A DNA stretch of 64,000 bases from the IMG/VR virus record IMGVR_UViG_3300042319_002356, positions 26,768 through 90,767 of that record; one strand, given 5' to 3'. Source of the stretch: a virus. Position 1 is the stretch's first letter. Every line of letters begins with the position of its first letter. This document shows, piece after piece, positions 10,528-21,445 of this stretch. Both the position numbers and the translations under genes were made by a program. Below the pieces are notes generated by a model. The model worked only from the letters and a program-made list of their open reading frames with translations, was not told the origin of the DNA and made no database searches.

Positions 10528-11589
10528 ATGAATGAAGTATTGAACAAATATTTTGAGGAAGGGTTGGTGTATAAACAAATACATCCGACTCTTCCTTTGA
10601 CTATATGGAATTATTCTGAAAAAGTTCAGTATGACGGACTTTTTGATGATGTAACCCTACAAACTCGTGGATTAGTTACTGATGCAAATGGGTCAGTCGT
10701 TGCCCGACCATTTCGTAAGTTCTTCAATATGGAAGAAGGGAAACATACCGCAACTCCTGACTTTGATGTTTATGATAAGATGGATGGGTCTTTGGGTATA
10801 TTATTCAATTACGAAGGTGAATGGATAATGGCGACTCGTGGGTCTTTCACTTCTGACCAAGCGGTTAGGGGATTTGAAATGTTGAAGAACTATGACTACG
10901 AGAAACTTCACAAAGGTTACACTTACTTATTTGAGATAATATATAATGAGAACCGTATAGTGGTAAAATATCCATTTGAAGATTTGGTATTACTTGGAAT
11001 GATAGAGACCAAAACCGGATACGAAGTTGATTTGTATGGTGAAGGAAATGATGTTAGATTGAAGAACTTAATATCTAATCTTGGTTTCAAAGTCGTCAAA
11101 AAATATGATGGAATACTGGATTATACCGAATTGAAAGGTATGATAGGTAATGACGAAGAAGGATTTGTTGTTCGTTTCTCTAATGGAGACAGAATGAAGA
11201 TAAAGGGTGAGGAGTATCTTCGTCTTCATAAGATAATGACCAATGTATCTACCACTGCGATATGGGAAATGTTGAGTGAGGGTAAGGATGTATTGGAATT
11301 ATTGAAAGATGTTCCTGATGAATTTTATCAAAAGATAAAGATGTATGTTTCTGATTTAAGATATAATCACTATCGTTATTGGGACTATGCTGGGAAGATA
11401 CATCAGTATTTCAGATATGGTAAGTATAATGATAGAGACCCTGAGCCAACCAAGAAAGAATTTGCCTTACATTTGCAAGAATGTGGAACTCACCCAAAGA
11501 TAAAAGCATTATGTTTTTTGATGTGGGATGGTAAAAATGTTGATAAAGTAATATGGAATTATTTAAAACCTGAATATAAAAAATTATGA
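10528..11589 (+). CDS. T4 Rnl1-like RNA ligase
   Basis: KMDGSLG (motif I), FEI, EGFVV and MKIK nucleotidyltransferase motifs. Confidence 0.9.
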   Translation: MNEVLNKYFEEGLVYKQIHPTLPLTIWNYSEKVQYDGLFDDVTLQTRGLVTDANGSVVARPFRKFFNMEEGKHTATPDFDVYDKMDGSLGILFNYEGEWIMATRGSFTSDQAVRGFEMLKNYDYEKLHKGYTYLFEIIYNENRIVVKYPFEDLVLLGMIETKTGYEVDLYGEGNDVRLKNLISNLGFKVVKKYDGILDYTELKGMIGNDEEGFVVRFSNGDRMKIKGEEYLRLHKIMTNVSTTAIWEMLSEGKDVLELLKDVPDEFYQKIKMYVSDLRYNHYRYWDYAGKIHQYFRYGKYNDRDPEPTKKEFALHLQECGTHPKIKALCFLMWDGKNVDKVIWNYLKPEYKKL

Positions 11590-11876
11590 AAAAAGATGTG
11601 AATTTTGGAACACCTATAGTTGTGTTTATGTTAATATTGTTTTTGTTTGTTTTTGTCGGTTTATTCTTAAAAGAAAATAGTCGGACAAAGGTAACACACG
11701 TCACCAGGGAAAAACATTTGGTAACAAATGTTAAAAGGCATATTCCTCGTAGTGTTCAGGATGAAATGAATCTGTATTATGATGTAACAATTGACGATAC
11801 CAACACTTTCAAAACATTGCATCACTATCAGGTTGGTGATACAATTTATTTTGAAATTTATAAGATTAATAAGTAA
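11586..11876 (+). CDS. Small membrane-anchored protein
   Basis: N-terminal hydrophobic helix. Confidence 0.6.
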   Translation: MKKDVNFGTPIVVFMLILFLFVFVGLFLKENSRTKVTHVTREKHLVTNVKRHIPRSVQDEMNLYYDVTIDDTNTFKTLHHYQVGDTIYFEIYKINK

Positions 11877-12160
11877 GATATGAAAGTAAGTATGAACGGA
11901 CTGAGAAATCAGTTATTGAGAAATTACAACTCTTTGGTTTATAAGTTAAACAAAAGAATTGATGGTGAGGATATCAATGACTTAGAAGTTTATGACATCC
12001 AACGAGAGTTAGAAGGACTCAGAAGTTGTATTGTTACACTTGCTTTTACATCTATGGAAGGTGATGACGGATGGGATTCTATGGATGAAAATACATATTT
12101 TGAACAATTTAATCCTGAAGAAGATTTGGTTGAAGAATAATTTTGTTGTATCTTTGCACT

Positions 12161-12859
12161 ATGATATTAAAAATTGAAAAAGATAGTAACGGAATATTCC
12201 CAAACATTTGGATATGTTCTGACCCGCATTATAATCACAAGAACATTTGTCGTGGAACTACTAACTGGAGGACACTTGATAACGAGGTTCCTGTTGAACA
12301 AACTCGTGACTTTGATACACTTGAAAGAATGAACCAATCAATCCTTGATGGAATAAATTGGAATGTTGGACAGGATGATGTGTTGATTTGTCTTGGTGAC
12401 TGGTCATTTGGTGGATTTGAGTTTATCAAACAATTCCGTGATAGAATTGTGTGTAAGAATGTTCACTTGGTTTTAGGTAATCACGACCAGCATATTGAGA
12501 GAAACAAGGAGAATAGTCGGTCATTGTTTAGTTCCGTATCTGAGTATCTACGAATTGTTGTGATGGAACCAATCAAAAAAGGTCAAACCAAACGACAAGA
12601 GTTCGTATGTATGCACTACCCAATCCAAAGTTGGGATGGGATGAATAAAGGTATTCCTCACTTACACGGACACGTTCACTTACCAAATGAAAGAAAGTTC
12701 GGTAATGGAAAAAAAATGGATGTTGGTTTTGATGGACATCCTGAATTTCGTCCTTATAATTTGTTGAGGGAAATTGTCCCGTTAATGAAAAATCGTGAGC
12801 AGTTGTCAGATATGCCAAATGACCACCACCTTGAAAGATTGTTAAACTCTGATAAATAA
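12161..12859 (+). CDS. Calcineurin-like metallophosphoesterase
   Basis: SDPH, LGD, GNHD and HGHVH motifs. Confidence 0.9.
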   Translation: MILKIEKDSNGIFPNIWICSDPHYNHKNICRGTTNWRTLDNEVPVEQTRDFDTLERMNQSILDGINWNVGQDDVLICLGDWSFGGFEFIKQFRDRIVCKNVHLVLGNHDQHIERNKENSRSLFSSVSEYLRIVVMEPIKKGQTKRQEFVCMHYPIQSWDGMNKGIPHLHGHVHLPNERKFGNGKKMDVGFDGHPEFRPYNLLREIVPLMKNREQLSDMPNDHHLERLLNSDK

Positions 12860-13151
12860 GTTATGACTGAACAAGAAATGGTAAGTGAAATCATTAGGAT
12901 TGAAACGATATGTACTAGAGCCGTCCTTCAAGGGCATAAAGCATCTAACGATGACGTATATCAACCATTAAGAGAAAAAGCTAAACATTATAGAGAAAAA
13001 TTAGGAATAAAATGAAAATAATACCATTCTTTGAAACAACCTGGGACGAGGACTTTAAACAAGTTGTTCTTATACCAACAATATTCCTAACCAAAAGTTA
13101 CGGAACTAGATATAACATTGGAATTAATTTTTTATGTTTTGACTTTGGACT

Positions 13152-13553
13152 ATGGATACTCATAAGAAAATAAATGAGATTAAGGACTTAAAGGGTAATT
13201 ATGAATATTACCTTACCATTGGTAAACTTAGGAAGTTTTTACAGGAACATCCTGAATTACCCGACGATGCTCTTGTCCTTTCCCAAAGAGTTGAAGATGT
13301 TTATTATGAACAACACGGATGGGGCGTGGTGTTGAAAGAAGGTGACCATTATGATATGGTTAAAACCCACAACATTAGAATGGAAGAGGAAATCCGTAGG
13401 AGAAAGAACGGAGAACACCCAAAGTATGATATGGAAGACCCTTCACAATACATTCAGGAATTGACCGATGATTTAAAAGACCAATACCATCCTGTATTTT
13501 CTTGTACGAAATATAAAGATGATGATAATCTTTATTTGTATTTACACTATTAA
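13152..13553 (+). CDS. Hypothetical protein
   Basis: 133 aa ORF. Confidence 0.65.
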   Translation: MDTHKKINEIKDLKGNYEYYLTIGKLRKFLQEHPELPDDALVLSQRVEDVYYEQHGWGVVLKEGDHYDMVKTHNIRMEEEIRRRKNGEHPKYDMEDPSQYIQELTDDLKDQYHPVFSCTKYKDDDNLYLYLHY

Positions 13554-13569
13554 TTTATATATTTGCAAT

Positions 13570-13956
13570 ATGAAAACACTTTATTTAGTTAGAGGATTAC
13601 CAGGAAGTGGTAAAAGTACATTTGCACAATCATTAGATTGTCCTGTATTTGAAGCGGATATGTTTTTTGTAAACTCACAAGGGGTCTATAACTTTGACTT
13701 CACTAAGATTAAAGATGCTCACGCTTGGTGTCAGGAAATGGTTGAGGACCATATGTTTAACCAACACGAGAAGATTGCGGTATCAAACACTTTCACACAA
13801 GAATGGGAAATGAAAGCGTATTATGATATGGCAAAAACTTATGGTTATACCGTATTTTCAATCATTGTTGAAAACAGACACGGAGGTGAGAATGTTCACG
13901 GAGTTCCTGCAGATAAGTTAGAAGTAATGAAAAACAGATTTGAAGTTCAGTTATAA
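13570..13956 (+). CDS. P-loop polynucleotide-kinase-like protein (AAA_33 type)
   Basis: Walker A GLPGSGKST; VSNTF and HGVP motifs. Confidence 0.85.
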   Translation: MKTLYLVRGLPGSGKSTFAQSLDCPVFEADMFFVNSQGVYNFDFTKIKDAHAWCQEMVEDHMFNQHEKIAVSNTFTQEWEMKAYYDMAKTYGYTVFSIIVENRHGGENVHGVPADKLEVMKNRFEVQL

Positions 13957-14282
13957 TGAAAAAGGAATACATTACCTGTTCTGCGATATGGTATAAAGAT
14001 TTACCAACACAGACATTTCTACCAAAGAATATTGATAAAGGTGTTGTTGTTTGTGGTCATCGTCACGGACATTGTATTGACATAATGAAAACACTTGGAC
14101 AATTACGAAGTGTGGTTAATGGTCCTGATTCGGTTGGTGAATATGAGCAAGGTTTCTTATCAAACCTTAATAAATTCTACGACAGGTTTGAAGCGATGAG
14201 GATTGCAATTGATGCTGGTCAGGTGGAATACGATAAACTATATAACCCATTAATAGGATTATTCTCTGAAGATTTATATTAA
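13956..14282 (+). CDS. Hypothetical phage protein
   Basis: 108 aa; GHRH...QGF...LFSEDLY pattern. Confidence 0.65.
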   Translation: MKKEYITCSAIWYKDLPTQTFLPKNIDKGVVVCGHRHGHCIDIMKTLGQLRSVVNGPDSVGEYEQGFLSNLNKFYDRFEAMRIAIDAGQVEYDKLYNPLIGLFSEDLY

Positions 14283-14285
14283 GTT

Positions 14286-14312
14286 AAACCCCTCACTTTT
14301 GAGGGGTTTTTT
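14286..14312 (+). terminator. Intrinsic terminator
   Basis: AAACCCCTCA-cttt-TGAGGGGTTT followed by T. Confidence 0.85.
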
Positions 14313-14336
14313 GTTTATTTCAAGTATTTATCAAAT

Positions 14337-15434
14337 ATGAAAATAAACACCAAAATCTCTTTACTTTTCAAAACCATATCAAATTTAGTTTTTGGTGAAA
14401 CAAAAAAAGAAATGTCTGAAACTGATAAGTTTATTGACAGAGCGACAATTGTTTCTATGACTGATGAGAAAGGTAGAATTACCTATGTTAATGAAAAGTT
14501 TGAAAAGATATCAGGTTATAAATTAGATGAGGTTAAAGGTAAAGACCACTCAATAGTTAATTCGGGATTACAACCCGATGGGTATTGGAGAAATATGTAT
14601 AAGACGGTATTGAAGGGTGAGATATGGAATGATATTGTTTGTAATAAAGCAAAAGATGGTAGTCATTACTGGGTTGATACATACATTAGAGCTCGTTTTG
14701 ATGAGGACGGGAAGTTAGAAGGGTTCTCATCAATTAGACAAGATGTTACCAAAATTATGGAACAATCTGTTGAACTAGATAGGAAGAACACCTATTTAGA
14801 ACACGCTGCCAAGATATTAAGACACGATATGCACTCTGGTATTAACACTTATATGCCAAGAGGTCTTAGTTCGTTGGAGAGAAGAATAACTAACGAAGAC
14901 ATTACCAATCTTAAAATTGAAGCCCCACTTAAAATGATTAAAGAGGGACTCAAACATTCTCAGAAAGTTTATAGAGGAGTTTATGAGTTTACCAATCTAG
15001 TGAAAAAGGATGTGGTTCTTAATAAAGAACAATGTAACATCAAGGACATTCTCAAGGACTATTTGTCTTCGACGGCCTACGTCAGTCAGGTAATATTAGA
15101 TGATAATTTACCATCTGTGGAAGTAAACGAACCATTATTTTGTACTGCGGTTGATAACCTTATCCGTAATGGATTAAAGTATAATGACTCAGACACCAAG
15201 TTTGTTAAAATATATTCTGATGAAAACTCAATTTACATTCAGGATAATGGTAGAGGTATCACTCAGGAAGATTTTGAACACCTATCTAAACCATATGTAA
15301 GAAAAGAGGGACAGAAAGAAAGTGGAAGTGGATTAGGATTGAACATTTGTGTTGCAATTCTTAAAGAACACGGGTTTGAAATTACCTGTGAGAAAAATGA
15401 AACTGGAACTAAAATGAAAATTAAATACAAATGA
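14337..15434 (+). CDS. PAS-domain sensor histidine kinase
   Basis: PAS/PAC (TDEKGRITYVN...KDGSHYWV), H-box RHDMH, N-box NLIRNGLKY, DNGRG, GSGLGL. Confidence 0.92.
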   Translation: MKINTKISLLFKTISNLVFGETKKEMSETDKFIDRATIVSMTDEKGRITYVNEKFEKISGYKLDEVKGKDHSIVNSGLQPDGYWRNMYKTVLKGEIWNDIVCNKAKDGSHYWVDTYIRARFDEDGKLEGFSSIRQDVTKIMEQSVELDRKNTYLEHAAKILRHDMHSGINTYMPRGLSSLERRITNEDITNLKIEAPLKMIKEGLKHSQKVYRGVYEFTNLVKKDVVLNKEQCNIKDILKDYLSSTAYVSQVILDDNLPSVEVNEPLFCTAVDNLIRNGLKYNDSDTKFVKIYSDENSIYIQDNGRGITQEDFEHLSKPYVRKEGQKESGSGLGLNICVAILKEHGFEITCEKNETGTKMKIKYK

Positions 15435-16042
15435 AAAAGTTATTATTAATCTGTTTTATGTTAATGTCTTTTGTTGGATATACACAATACCCAATAAAGA
15501 CAATCTTTAAGGGTGATTCAGTTATTATCTTAACCATTGAGCAATCTGAAAAGATTAATGAAATGTTAGATAAAACATCAAAATCTATTAAAGATAGCAA
15601 TAAAAAAACTAAAGAATATGAATCGGAAATTCAAAAGTTAAATACCGTATTGAATAACCAAAATGCGTATATTGATAGTTTATCTAATCTTTTATTACAA
15701 AGATGGACTTGTAATGAAGACATTTACGATAGCATATGGACATGGGCTCTAGGACCTTCAATCATCTACACCATGTATCCTGATGATAGTACGGTTTATG
15801 TAATGGACTTATCACATTATTATATGACAACTAATGATTTTGGTATAGTAATGGCAAGAATGACAGACAAAGAATATCTTAAATACAAAGCATTTATTTC
15901 AAAGTATGGACTTAGTGAGGAAGCGTTTTGGAGATTTAGAAATGAGATGAAAGTAAAAAGACTTAATGATGATAAGATGAAAGATAAGAAAGAATGGAAA
16001 AGTAAAATGGTTCTTGAAAAGAAAGAGGAGGAAGAGAAATGA
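15431..16042 (+). CDS. Exported coiled-coil protein in the signalling operon
   Basis: Signal-peptide-like N-terminus; overlaps both neighbouring kinase genes. Confidence 0.7.
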   Translation: MKKLLLICFMLMSFVGYTQYPIKTIFKGDSVIILTIEQSEKINEMLDKTSKSIKDSNKKTKEYESEIQKLNTVLNNQNAYIDSLSNLLLQRWTCNEDIYDSIWTWALGPSIIYTMYPDDSTVYVMDLSHYYMTTNDFGIVMARMTDKEYLKYKAFISKYGLSEEAFWRFRNEMKVKRLNDDKMKDKKEWKSKMVLEKKEEEEK

Positions 16043-17385
16043 GAAATTATTTAATATCTACACTATTTTTAGTTAGTCTTCAATCTTACTCACAAGATAC
16101 CACAGACTTCTCAATTAAACCTAATTGGGTTAGTCCAGAAAAAAATCTAGAAGTAATTCAAAAGGATAGTGTATTAAAATCTAATATCATTACTGATGTG
16201 ATTGATAGAATAATACCTAATTGGGCACCACCCGAAAAAGTATTTGAACAACCAAAAGAAGAACTTTCACCTGAGGATGTGAAACAATTAGAAGAAGACG
16301 TGAAATTCATGTCAGATTTACCACAATCATACAAACAAGTGTCCAAAGAGGATTTAAAAAATGTTTTGGTTTTGATTGATAATAAAATAGTTCAATTAAA
16401 GGCCGAATTGGATGCGTTGTTAAAAGCAAGAAATGCTAACCAGGAAGTTATCAAATCAAAACAAAGTACTTTAACGGTATTAGAAAAAGAAAAGAGTATT
16501 ATCAATTTAACTTTAACTGAAGGTGAATTAAAAGATGAAAACGGAAATTTAATTGGTCAAAACGATGAGTTAAAGATAGAACAAGATAAACTTAAAAAGT
16601 ATCTTTATTTTGCTCTCGGTGGAATCGCCTTACTTGGATTAATTGTTGCGGTAGTATTACAAAGAAAGAAGATACAAGTTCAGGATGTTGAGATTCAAAA
16701 TCAACTTGATGAAATTAATAAGAAGAATAGTTACTTGGAACACGCTGCGAGAATTATCCGACATGATATGCACTCAGGTATTAACACATATATGCCAAGA
16801 GGTATTAGTTCATTAGAGAAAAGATTGACCACTGAGGACATTCAAAAGTTAAAAATTGAAGGAGCTTTGAAGATGGTTAAAGAAGGTCTTAACCACACCC
16901 AACGAGTATATAAAAGTGTATACGAATTTACCAATCTTGTTAAACAAAATGTAGTATTAAATAAAACTATGGTTGATGTTAAGGACTTGGTATGGAAATA
17001 CATTTCACCCAATTCATATAGTTCTCAGGTTGAGATATCTGATTTAGGTCAATTAGAAGTTAATGAGATTTTATTTTGTAATGCGGTTGAGAACTTAATT
17101 AAAAACGGACTAACATATAATGATAGTCAGGATAAGAAAGTTAAAATTTATTTGGACGAGGATTATATAATCGTAGAGGATAATGGTAAAGGTTTTTCTC
17201 AGAAACAATTTGAGAAACATCTTAAAAAATATGCGACAAAGAAAGAGTTTAGTGAAGATGAGAAAGGGTTGGGGTTAAACATTTGTGTTGCAATATTAGA
17301 AGAACATGGTTATAAACTCTCCTGTGAAAAAATTGAGACAGGAACTAAAATGAAAATAAAAATAAAAAAAGAAAAAAATGATTGA
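16039..17385 (+). CDS. Membrane-bound sensor histidine kinase
   Basis: Signal peptide, coiled coil, one TM helix, RHDMHSGINTYMPRG H-box, HATPase boxes. Confidence 0.9.
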   Translation: MRNYLISTLFLVSLQSYSQDTTDFSIKPNWVSPEKNLEVIQKDSVLKSNIITDVIDRIIPNWAPPEKVFEQPKEELSPEDVKQLEEDVKFMSDLPQSYKQVSKEDLKNVLVLIDNKIVQLKAELDALLKARNANQEVIKSKQSTLTVLEKEKSIINLTLTEGELKDENGNLIGQNDELKIEQDKLKKYLYFALGGIALLGLIVAVVLQRKKIQVQDVEIQNQLDEINKKNSYLEHAARIIRHDMHSGINTYMPRGISSLEKRLTTEDIQKLKIEGALKMVKEGLNHTQRVYKSVYEFTNLVKQNVVLNKTMVDVKDLVWKYISPNSYSSQVEISDLGQLEVNEILFCNAVENLIKNGLTYNDSQDKKVKIYLDEDYIIVEDNGKGFSQKQFEKHLKKYATKKEFSEDEKGLGLNICVAILEEHGYKLSCEKIETGTKMKIKIKKEKND

Positions 17386-17809
17386 TTCAATTTTGTTGGT
17401 GGATGATGAAGATTTGTTTCACCTGGTATTTGAAGATAGTTGTTCGTTGTTGGACATCACTCTATCTTTAAAATCACTGAACTCTGCGGATGAGGCAGCT
17501 AAACTATTTGCGGAATGGCAGAAAAATCCAAACGGAAGACCTGAATGTGTGTTTGTGGATTTAAATATCATCGGGTCATCTTTTGATGGTATTGAACTTA
17601 TTAGAAAGATTAACTTTGAGTATGGTAATCACGTTGTTATTGGTATCATATCCTCAAGTAACGAACCTGAAGAACAGGCAAAGGCAGTTCAAGCAGGTGC
17701 TCAATTTTGGATTATTAAGTCAGATGAGATTGAACCAAGATTGGAAGAGTTCAAAAAAGATTATGACGGATTTAAAAACAGAACACAATCGTTTAAAGTA
17801 TATAAGTAA
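17378..17809 (+). CDS. Single-domain response regulator (REC)
   Basis: LLVDD acidic pocket, phosphoacceptor VFVDLN, SSS and conserved K. Confidence 0.9.
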   Translation: MIDSILLVDDEDLFHLVFEDSCSLLDITLSLKSLNSADEAAKLFAEWQKNPNGRPECVFVDLNIIGSSFDGIELIRKINFEYGNHVVIGIISSSNEPEEQAKAVQAGAQFWIIKSDEIEPRLEEFKKDYDGFKNRTQSFKVYK

Positions 17810-18492
17810 TGGTAATTGATAAGAATACAAAGAAAGAATTGATTGAAATCTTCCAAACTAAAAACATTGGTTTGGAAGGTAATATCATTAAGCTCATTGA
17901 CCCTGAAGGTGATGAGGAGTTTTCTGAGTATTTAAAACAATGTGTTGATAAGGACGGAGCAACAAGACGCAAACGACTTGAAATGACTAAGAAAGTCCAA
18001 GTTCAAAATGCTGAACTTACCAAATTGAATGATGAGAATCAAAGAATGATGGAAGAACTTCAAAATACTTTAACAAGTATTGAAGAACAAAAAAGTCAAA
18101 TTGAAGCTCAAAATCATGAGTTAATTGAGTGGAAAAAAGAAAACGAAAAAATAGGCGCCGAACTTGTTGAAGCAATGAAGCAATCGGAACAAGCGAGAGT
18201 TATTGCTGAAAACGCAAAGAACGAAGCCGAGAACAACTTGGATTTAATTCAAAAGAAAACTCAATTTGAGTTGATAAATAATATTGTTAAGGTTGCCTTA
18301 TATGTCATCATTGGTGTTGGAGGGATAACTACTGGAATTTATGTTTATTCTATGTCAATAGGAATGGATACGGACATTATCGGCTCCACTTGGAGTAATA
18401 TGTTTGGTATTCTATTAACAAATAGTTTCAGTATTGTCGGAACAATACTTGGTGTAAAATATGGGACAAGTCCTAACAAAGATGATAAATAA
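17809..18492 (+). CDS. Coiled-coil protein with two C-terminal TM helices
   Basis: Heptad-rich region plus two hydrophobic segments. Confidence 0.7.
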   Translation: MVIDKNTKKELIEIFQTKNIGLEGNIIKLIDPEGDEEFSEYLKQCVDKDGATRRKRLEMTKKVQVQNAELTKLNDENQRMMEELQNTLTSIEEQKSQIEAQNHELIEWKKENEKIGAELVEAMKQSEQARVIAENAKNEAENNLDLIQKKTQFELINNIVKVALYVIIGVGGITTGIYVYSMSIGMDTDIIGSTWSNMFGILLTNSFSIVGTILGVKYGTSPNKDDK

Positions 18493-18510
18493 ACCTAAAA
18501 AATAAAAAAA

Positions 18511-19020
18511 ATGAGTAGATTAAAAAAAATGTTATTTGGAGAAACACCTTATGTGAAGGTGGAAGATAAAAATCGTTTCTATTATATGTTGCAACAAATG
18601 CAAGCTAATAGATGGAAGATTACAGGGATTGTATTGTTCTTGTTCTTCTTCATAATTTTTGGTATCAATATGGCAGTAATGTTCAACATTGAAATTGCTG
18701 AAAACTGGAAGGAGATGTTATTAATCCTTTTGGGTGCTTTTGTTGGTAACCTTAATAAAGTTGTGGATTATTGGTTTAACTCTGAAGATAGAGATAAAAT
18801 GTTAATCCAAAAGGTTGACGAGGAAGACGGAAGTAGTTTATCCAACGTAAGTGAATTCCCAACAGCTCCAAGACCTCCACAAGAACCAATTATTATTGTT
18901 AAAAAAGAAGAAGTTGTTTCTGAACCTGAACCAATGGTTTATGAAGAACCACTTCCATATGAGGAACCTTTGGCCGATGATGGATATGAAACTCCACCTT
19001 CAGATGAAGAAAATATCTAA
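18511..19020 (+). CDS. Two-TM membrane protein with an acidic, Pro-rich tail
   Basis: Two hydrophobic helices; VVDYWFNS. Confidence 0.7.
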   Translation: MSRLKKMLFGETPYVKVEDKNRFYYMLQQMQANRWKITGIVLFLFFFIIFGINMAVMFNIEIAENWKEMLLILLGAFVGNLNKVVDYWFNSEDRDKMLIQKVDEEDGSSLSNVSEFPTAPRPPQEPIIIVKKEEVVSEPEPMVYEEPLPYEEPLADDGYETPPSDEENI

Positions 19021-19027
19021 AAAAAAA

Positions 19028-19057
19028 GAAACCCGGTTTGATAAATCGGGTTTTTTG
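19028..19057 (+). terminator. Intrinsic terminator closing the signalling operon
   Basis: GAAACCCGGTTT-gat-AAATCGGGTTT followed by T. Confidence 0.75.
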
Positions 19058-19072
19058 TTTTACATTTGTGGT

Positions 19073-19462
19073 ATGAAAAACTTTGACCTCAATAAATTTA
19101 TGTTTGGATTCTTTATAACGGCATTAATTGTATTTGGAATCCTTTTAACTTATATCTCCTTTAATCTGTATGAGAGACCAACTCCTCCAAAGAATGAATT
19201 GAAGATTCAAAAGAACGTTGATGAACCAGTTGTTAATGACACAACAATTGTTGAACAAAAAGGGGATAACCTTTGGCCAATTAAAGTTGTGAGTGTTGAA
19301 AAATCGTATGAAAAAGATACTCCTAAATGGCAAGTAGTTACTGAGAATGGTGTGATGTTCTACACCAATAAGAAACCAAAGGTTGGTGATATTGCGTTTT
19401 ACATAAACGATAATGATGATATAACTAATAAGAATGGTAGAGTGGAAATTACAAGACAATGA
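19073..19462 (+). CDS. Membrane-anchored hypothetical protein
   Basis: N-terminal TM helix downstream of a TACATTTG promoter. Confidence 0.6.
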   Translation: MKNFDLNKFMFGFFITALIVFGILLTYISFNLYERPTPPKNELKIQKNVDEPVVNDTTIVEQKGDNLWPIKVVSVEKSYEKDTPKWQVVTENGVMFYTNKKPKVGDIAFYINDNDDITNKNGRVEITRQ

Positions 19463-19696
19463 TAACTACATTGGTCTATACAAGAATTACATTCTTCGTG
19501 TAGAACAGATGGGTCCGCAGAAATGGTGGTGGGCTGTGTATAAGGACAACGAAGATTTATGTTACGATAACCCTTTTACAAGAAACTCTGAATATGGAAA
19601 AAAACTTGCAGAACAATGTGTCAGAGATGACGAAAGTGAAAGTTAGATTCCCAAATGAATCTTTTTTTCAGGAAATACCAATTGATTTAAGTATAT

Positions 19697-21445
19697 TTGT
19701 ACCACATAAAGAATTTGATGATGAAACATTCGGATATTACAAAGGAAACTACATCTCAGTCAGAAAAAACAACGGAAGTTATTTTTAAAGTTGTTTTACC
19801 TCAATACTTTACTCAATTTTTTGATAAAGTTGATGATAAAGATTTACCTGATGAGAATGATATTTTTGGTGCGAAATCATATATGGTTCGTTACGAAAAA
19901 GATGGAGAATATTATACATTAGGTAAATCAGATAGAACCGAAGAAACCCTAATCAAAAACTATGGTAACACTAGTTGTGAAAGTTACATTCGTAGGGTAA
20001 CTATTGTGGTTGAAAAATATGACGATAAGGTATCAATTAAATTATTTGACTTTACTAAACGAAGAGGATTTGGTAAGAAATACTTTAAGAAATCACCTAA
20101 TTGTATTTATCTTACATACAATAAAAAAACAAATGACTTATTCTACGGGACAACTACCAAAGTAAGACACAAAAGGTCGTCAACCATAAAGAGAAACAGG
20201 TTTGAGGCGGCCAAAAGGTTTTACGCTGCATTACACACTACTTGTGAAAATCTTAAAGCTAATTACTATGCCCAAGTTGACCCAATATGTTCTGATGAAA
20301 TAATCGTTAGTGCTATATCGGCAAAAACATTATCGTGGAATAAGTTTATTTCTGAGATTGACCCAGAGTTCTTCAACGAAAATTGTTATTTGGGTGAGGG
20401 GGAGAAGTTTTTCAAATATTATCTAACTAAACGTAATATCAAGTATCCTGATAATTTTGAACATTATATGTCTCTTAACAGAGTTGATTCGCGATTACTT
20501 AAAAAATCAGGTAGAAATCTAGTCGACGGAATTATGTTAAAATATGGTCTAACTGGTAAAAAAATAAAACGTGTATTACATAGTATTGATTCTCAAATAC
20601 ACACCCATGCAATAAAAGCATTTAGTGAAACTTTCGGTGAAGATATTCTTAAAAAAATTACTGATAACCAATTAAAAAAGTTATTAGAAATGTCTTATTA
20701 TGGTCTTACATTAGATTCTTACGGACTTAAATACTTTATAAATAATTGTTCTAAAAAAGAATATAACAATTTTTTTAAAATAGTTTTAATAGAACATATT
20801 GAAAACTCATCTGTTGATATTGCAACTTTGTTAGACCATTTAAGATTTTATAAATTTTTGAAAGAAGAAATGGAAACGGATGTTGAGTGGAAATCATATG
20901 ACCTTAAATCATTCAGAGAAGAACACGTTGACTACTCAACAGAGTACTCCAAGTTGAAAAATGTTCTATCTGTTAACAGGAAATACGGTGAAAAATTCAA
21001 AGAGAGTGTTAATGAGGTTTTTGAATATAACGGACAACAATATTACCCAGTGTTACTTGAAGAAAATAAGGATTACATACTAGAATCAGTTGTTCAATCA
21101 AATTGTGTGAGAACTTATGTTGAAAGTCCAAGTATGATTATTTCATTTAGAATCGGAGAACCTGATTCAGATGATAGAGCTAGTTTGGAATATAAGTTGA
21201 CAAAAAGAAATAATAGATTAAGATTAAATAGAGTTCAGAGTAGAATAAGATTTAACCAATCACTACCTGATGAGTTAGAAAACGTTTGTCAAATGTTTGA
21301 TTCATATTTGAATAGTTTGATGGATGATTTTGAAACTCCAAAATTAATAAAAGAAAGATTTTATGGTAACGAAGAGTTATCATTAGTGGAAGAAAAAGGT
21401 ATTTTTAAATGGAACGACAAGACAACAAACAATTTACTCTTTTAG
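19697..21445 (+). CDS. PcfJ-like domain protein
   Basis: C-terminal ESVVQSNCVRTY motif; start codon uncertain. Confidence 0.65.
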   Translation: MYHIKNLMMKHSDITKETTSQSEKTTEVIFKVVLPQYFTQFFDKVDDKDLPDENDIFGAKSYMVRYEKDGEYYTLGKSDRTEETLIKNYGNTSCESYIRRVTIVVEKYDDKVSIKLFDFTKRRGFGKKYFKKSPNCIYLTYNKKTNDLFYGTTTKVRHKRSSTIKRNRFEAAKRFYAALHTTCENLKANYYAQVDPICSDEIIVSAISAKTLSWNKFISEIDPEFFNENCYLGEGEKFFKYYLTKRNIKYPDNFEHYMSLNRVDSRLLKKSGRNLVDGIMLKYGLTGKKIKRVLHSIDSQIHTHAIKAFSETFGEDILKKITDNQLKKLLEMSYYGLTLDSYGLKYFINNCSKKEYNNFFKIVLIEHIENSSVDIATLLDHLRFYKFLKEEMETDVEWKSYDLKSFREEHVDYSTEYSKLKNVLSVNRKYGEKFKESVNEVFEYNGQQYYPVLLEENKDYILESVVQSNCVRTYVESPSMIISFRIGEPDSDDRASLEYKLTKRNNRLRLNRVQSRIRFNQSLPDELENVCQMFDSYLNSLMDDFETPKLIKERFYGNEELSLVEEKGIFKWNDKTTNNLLF

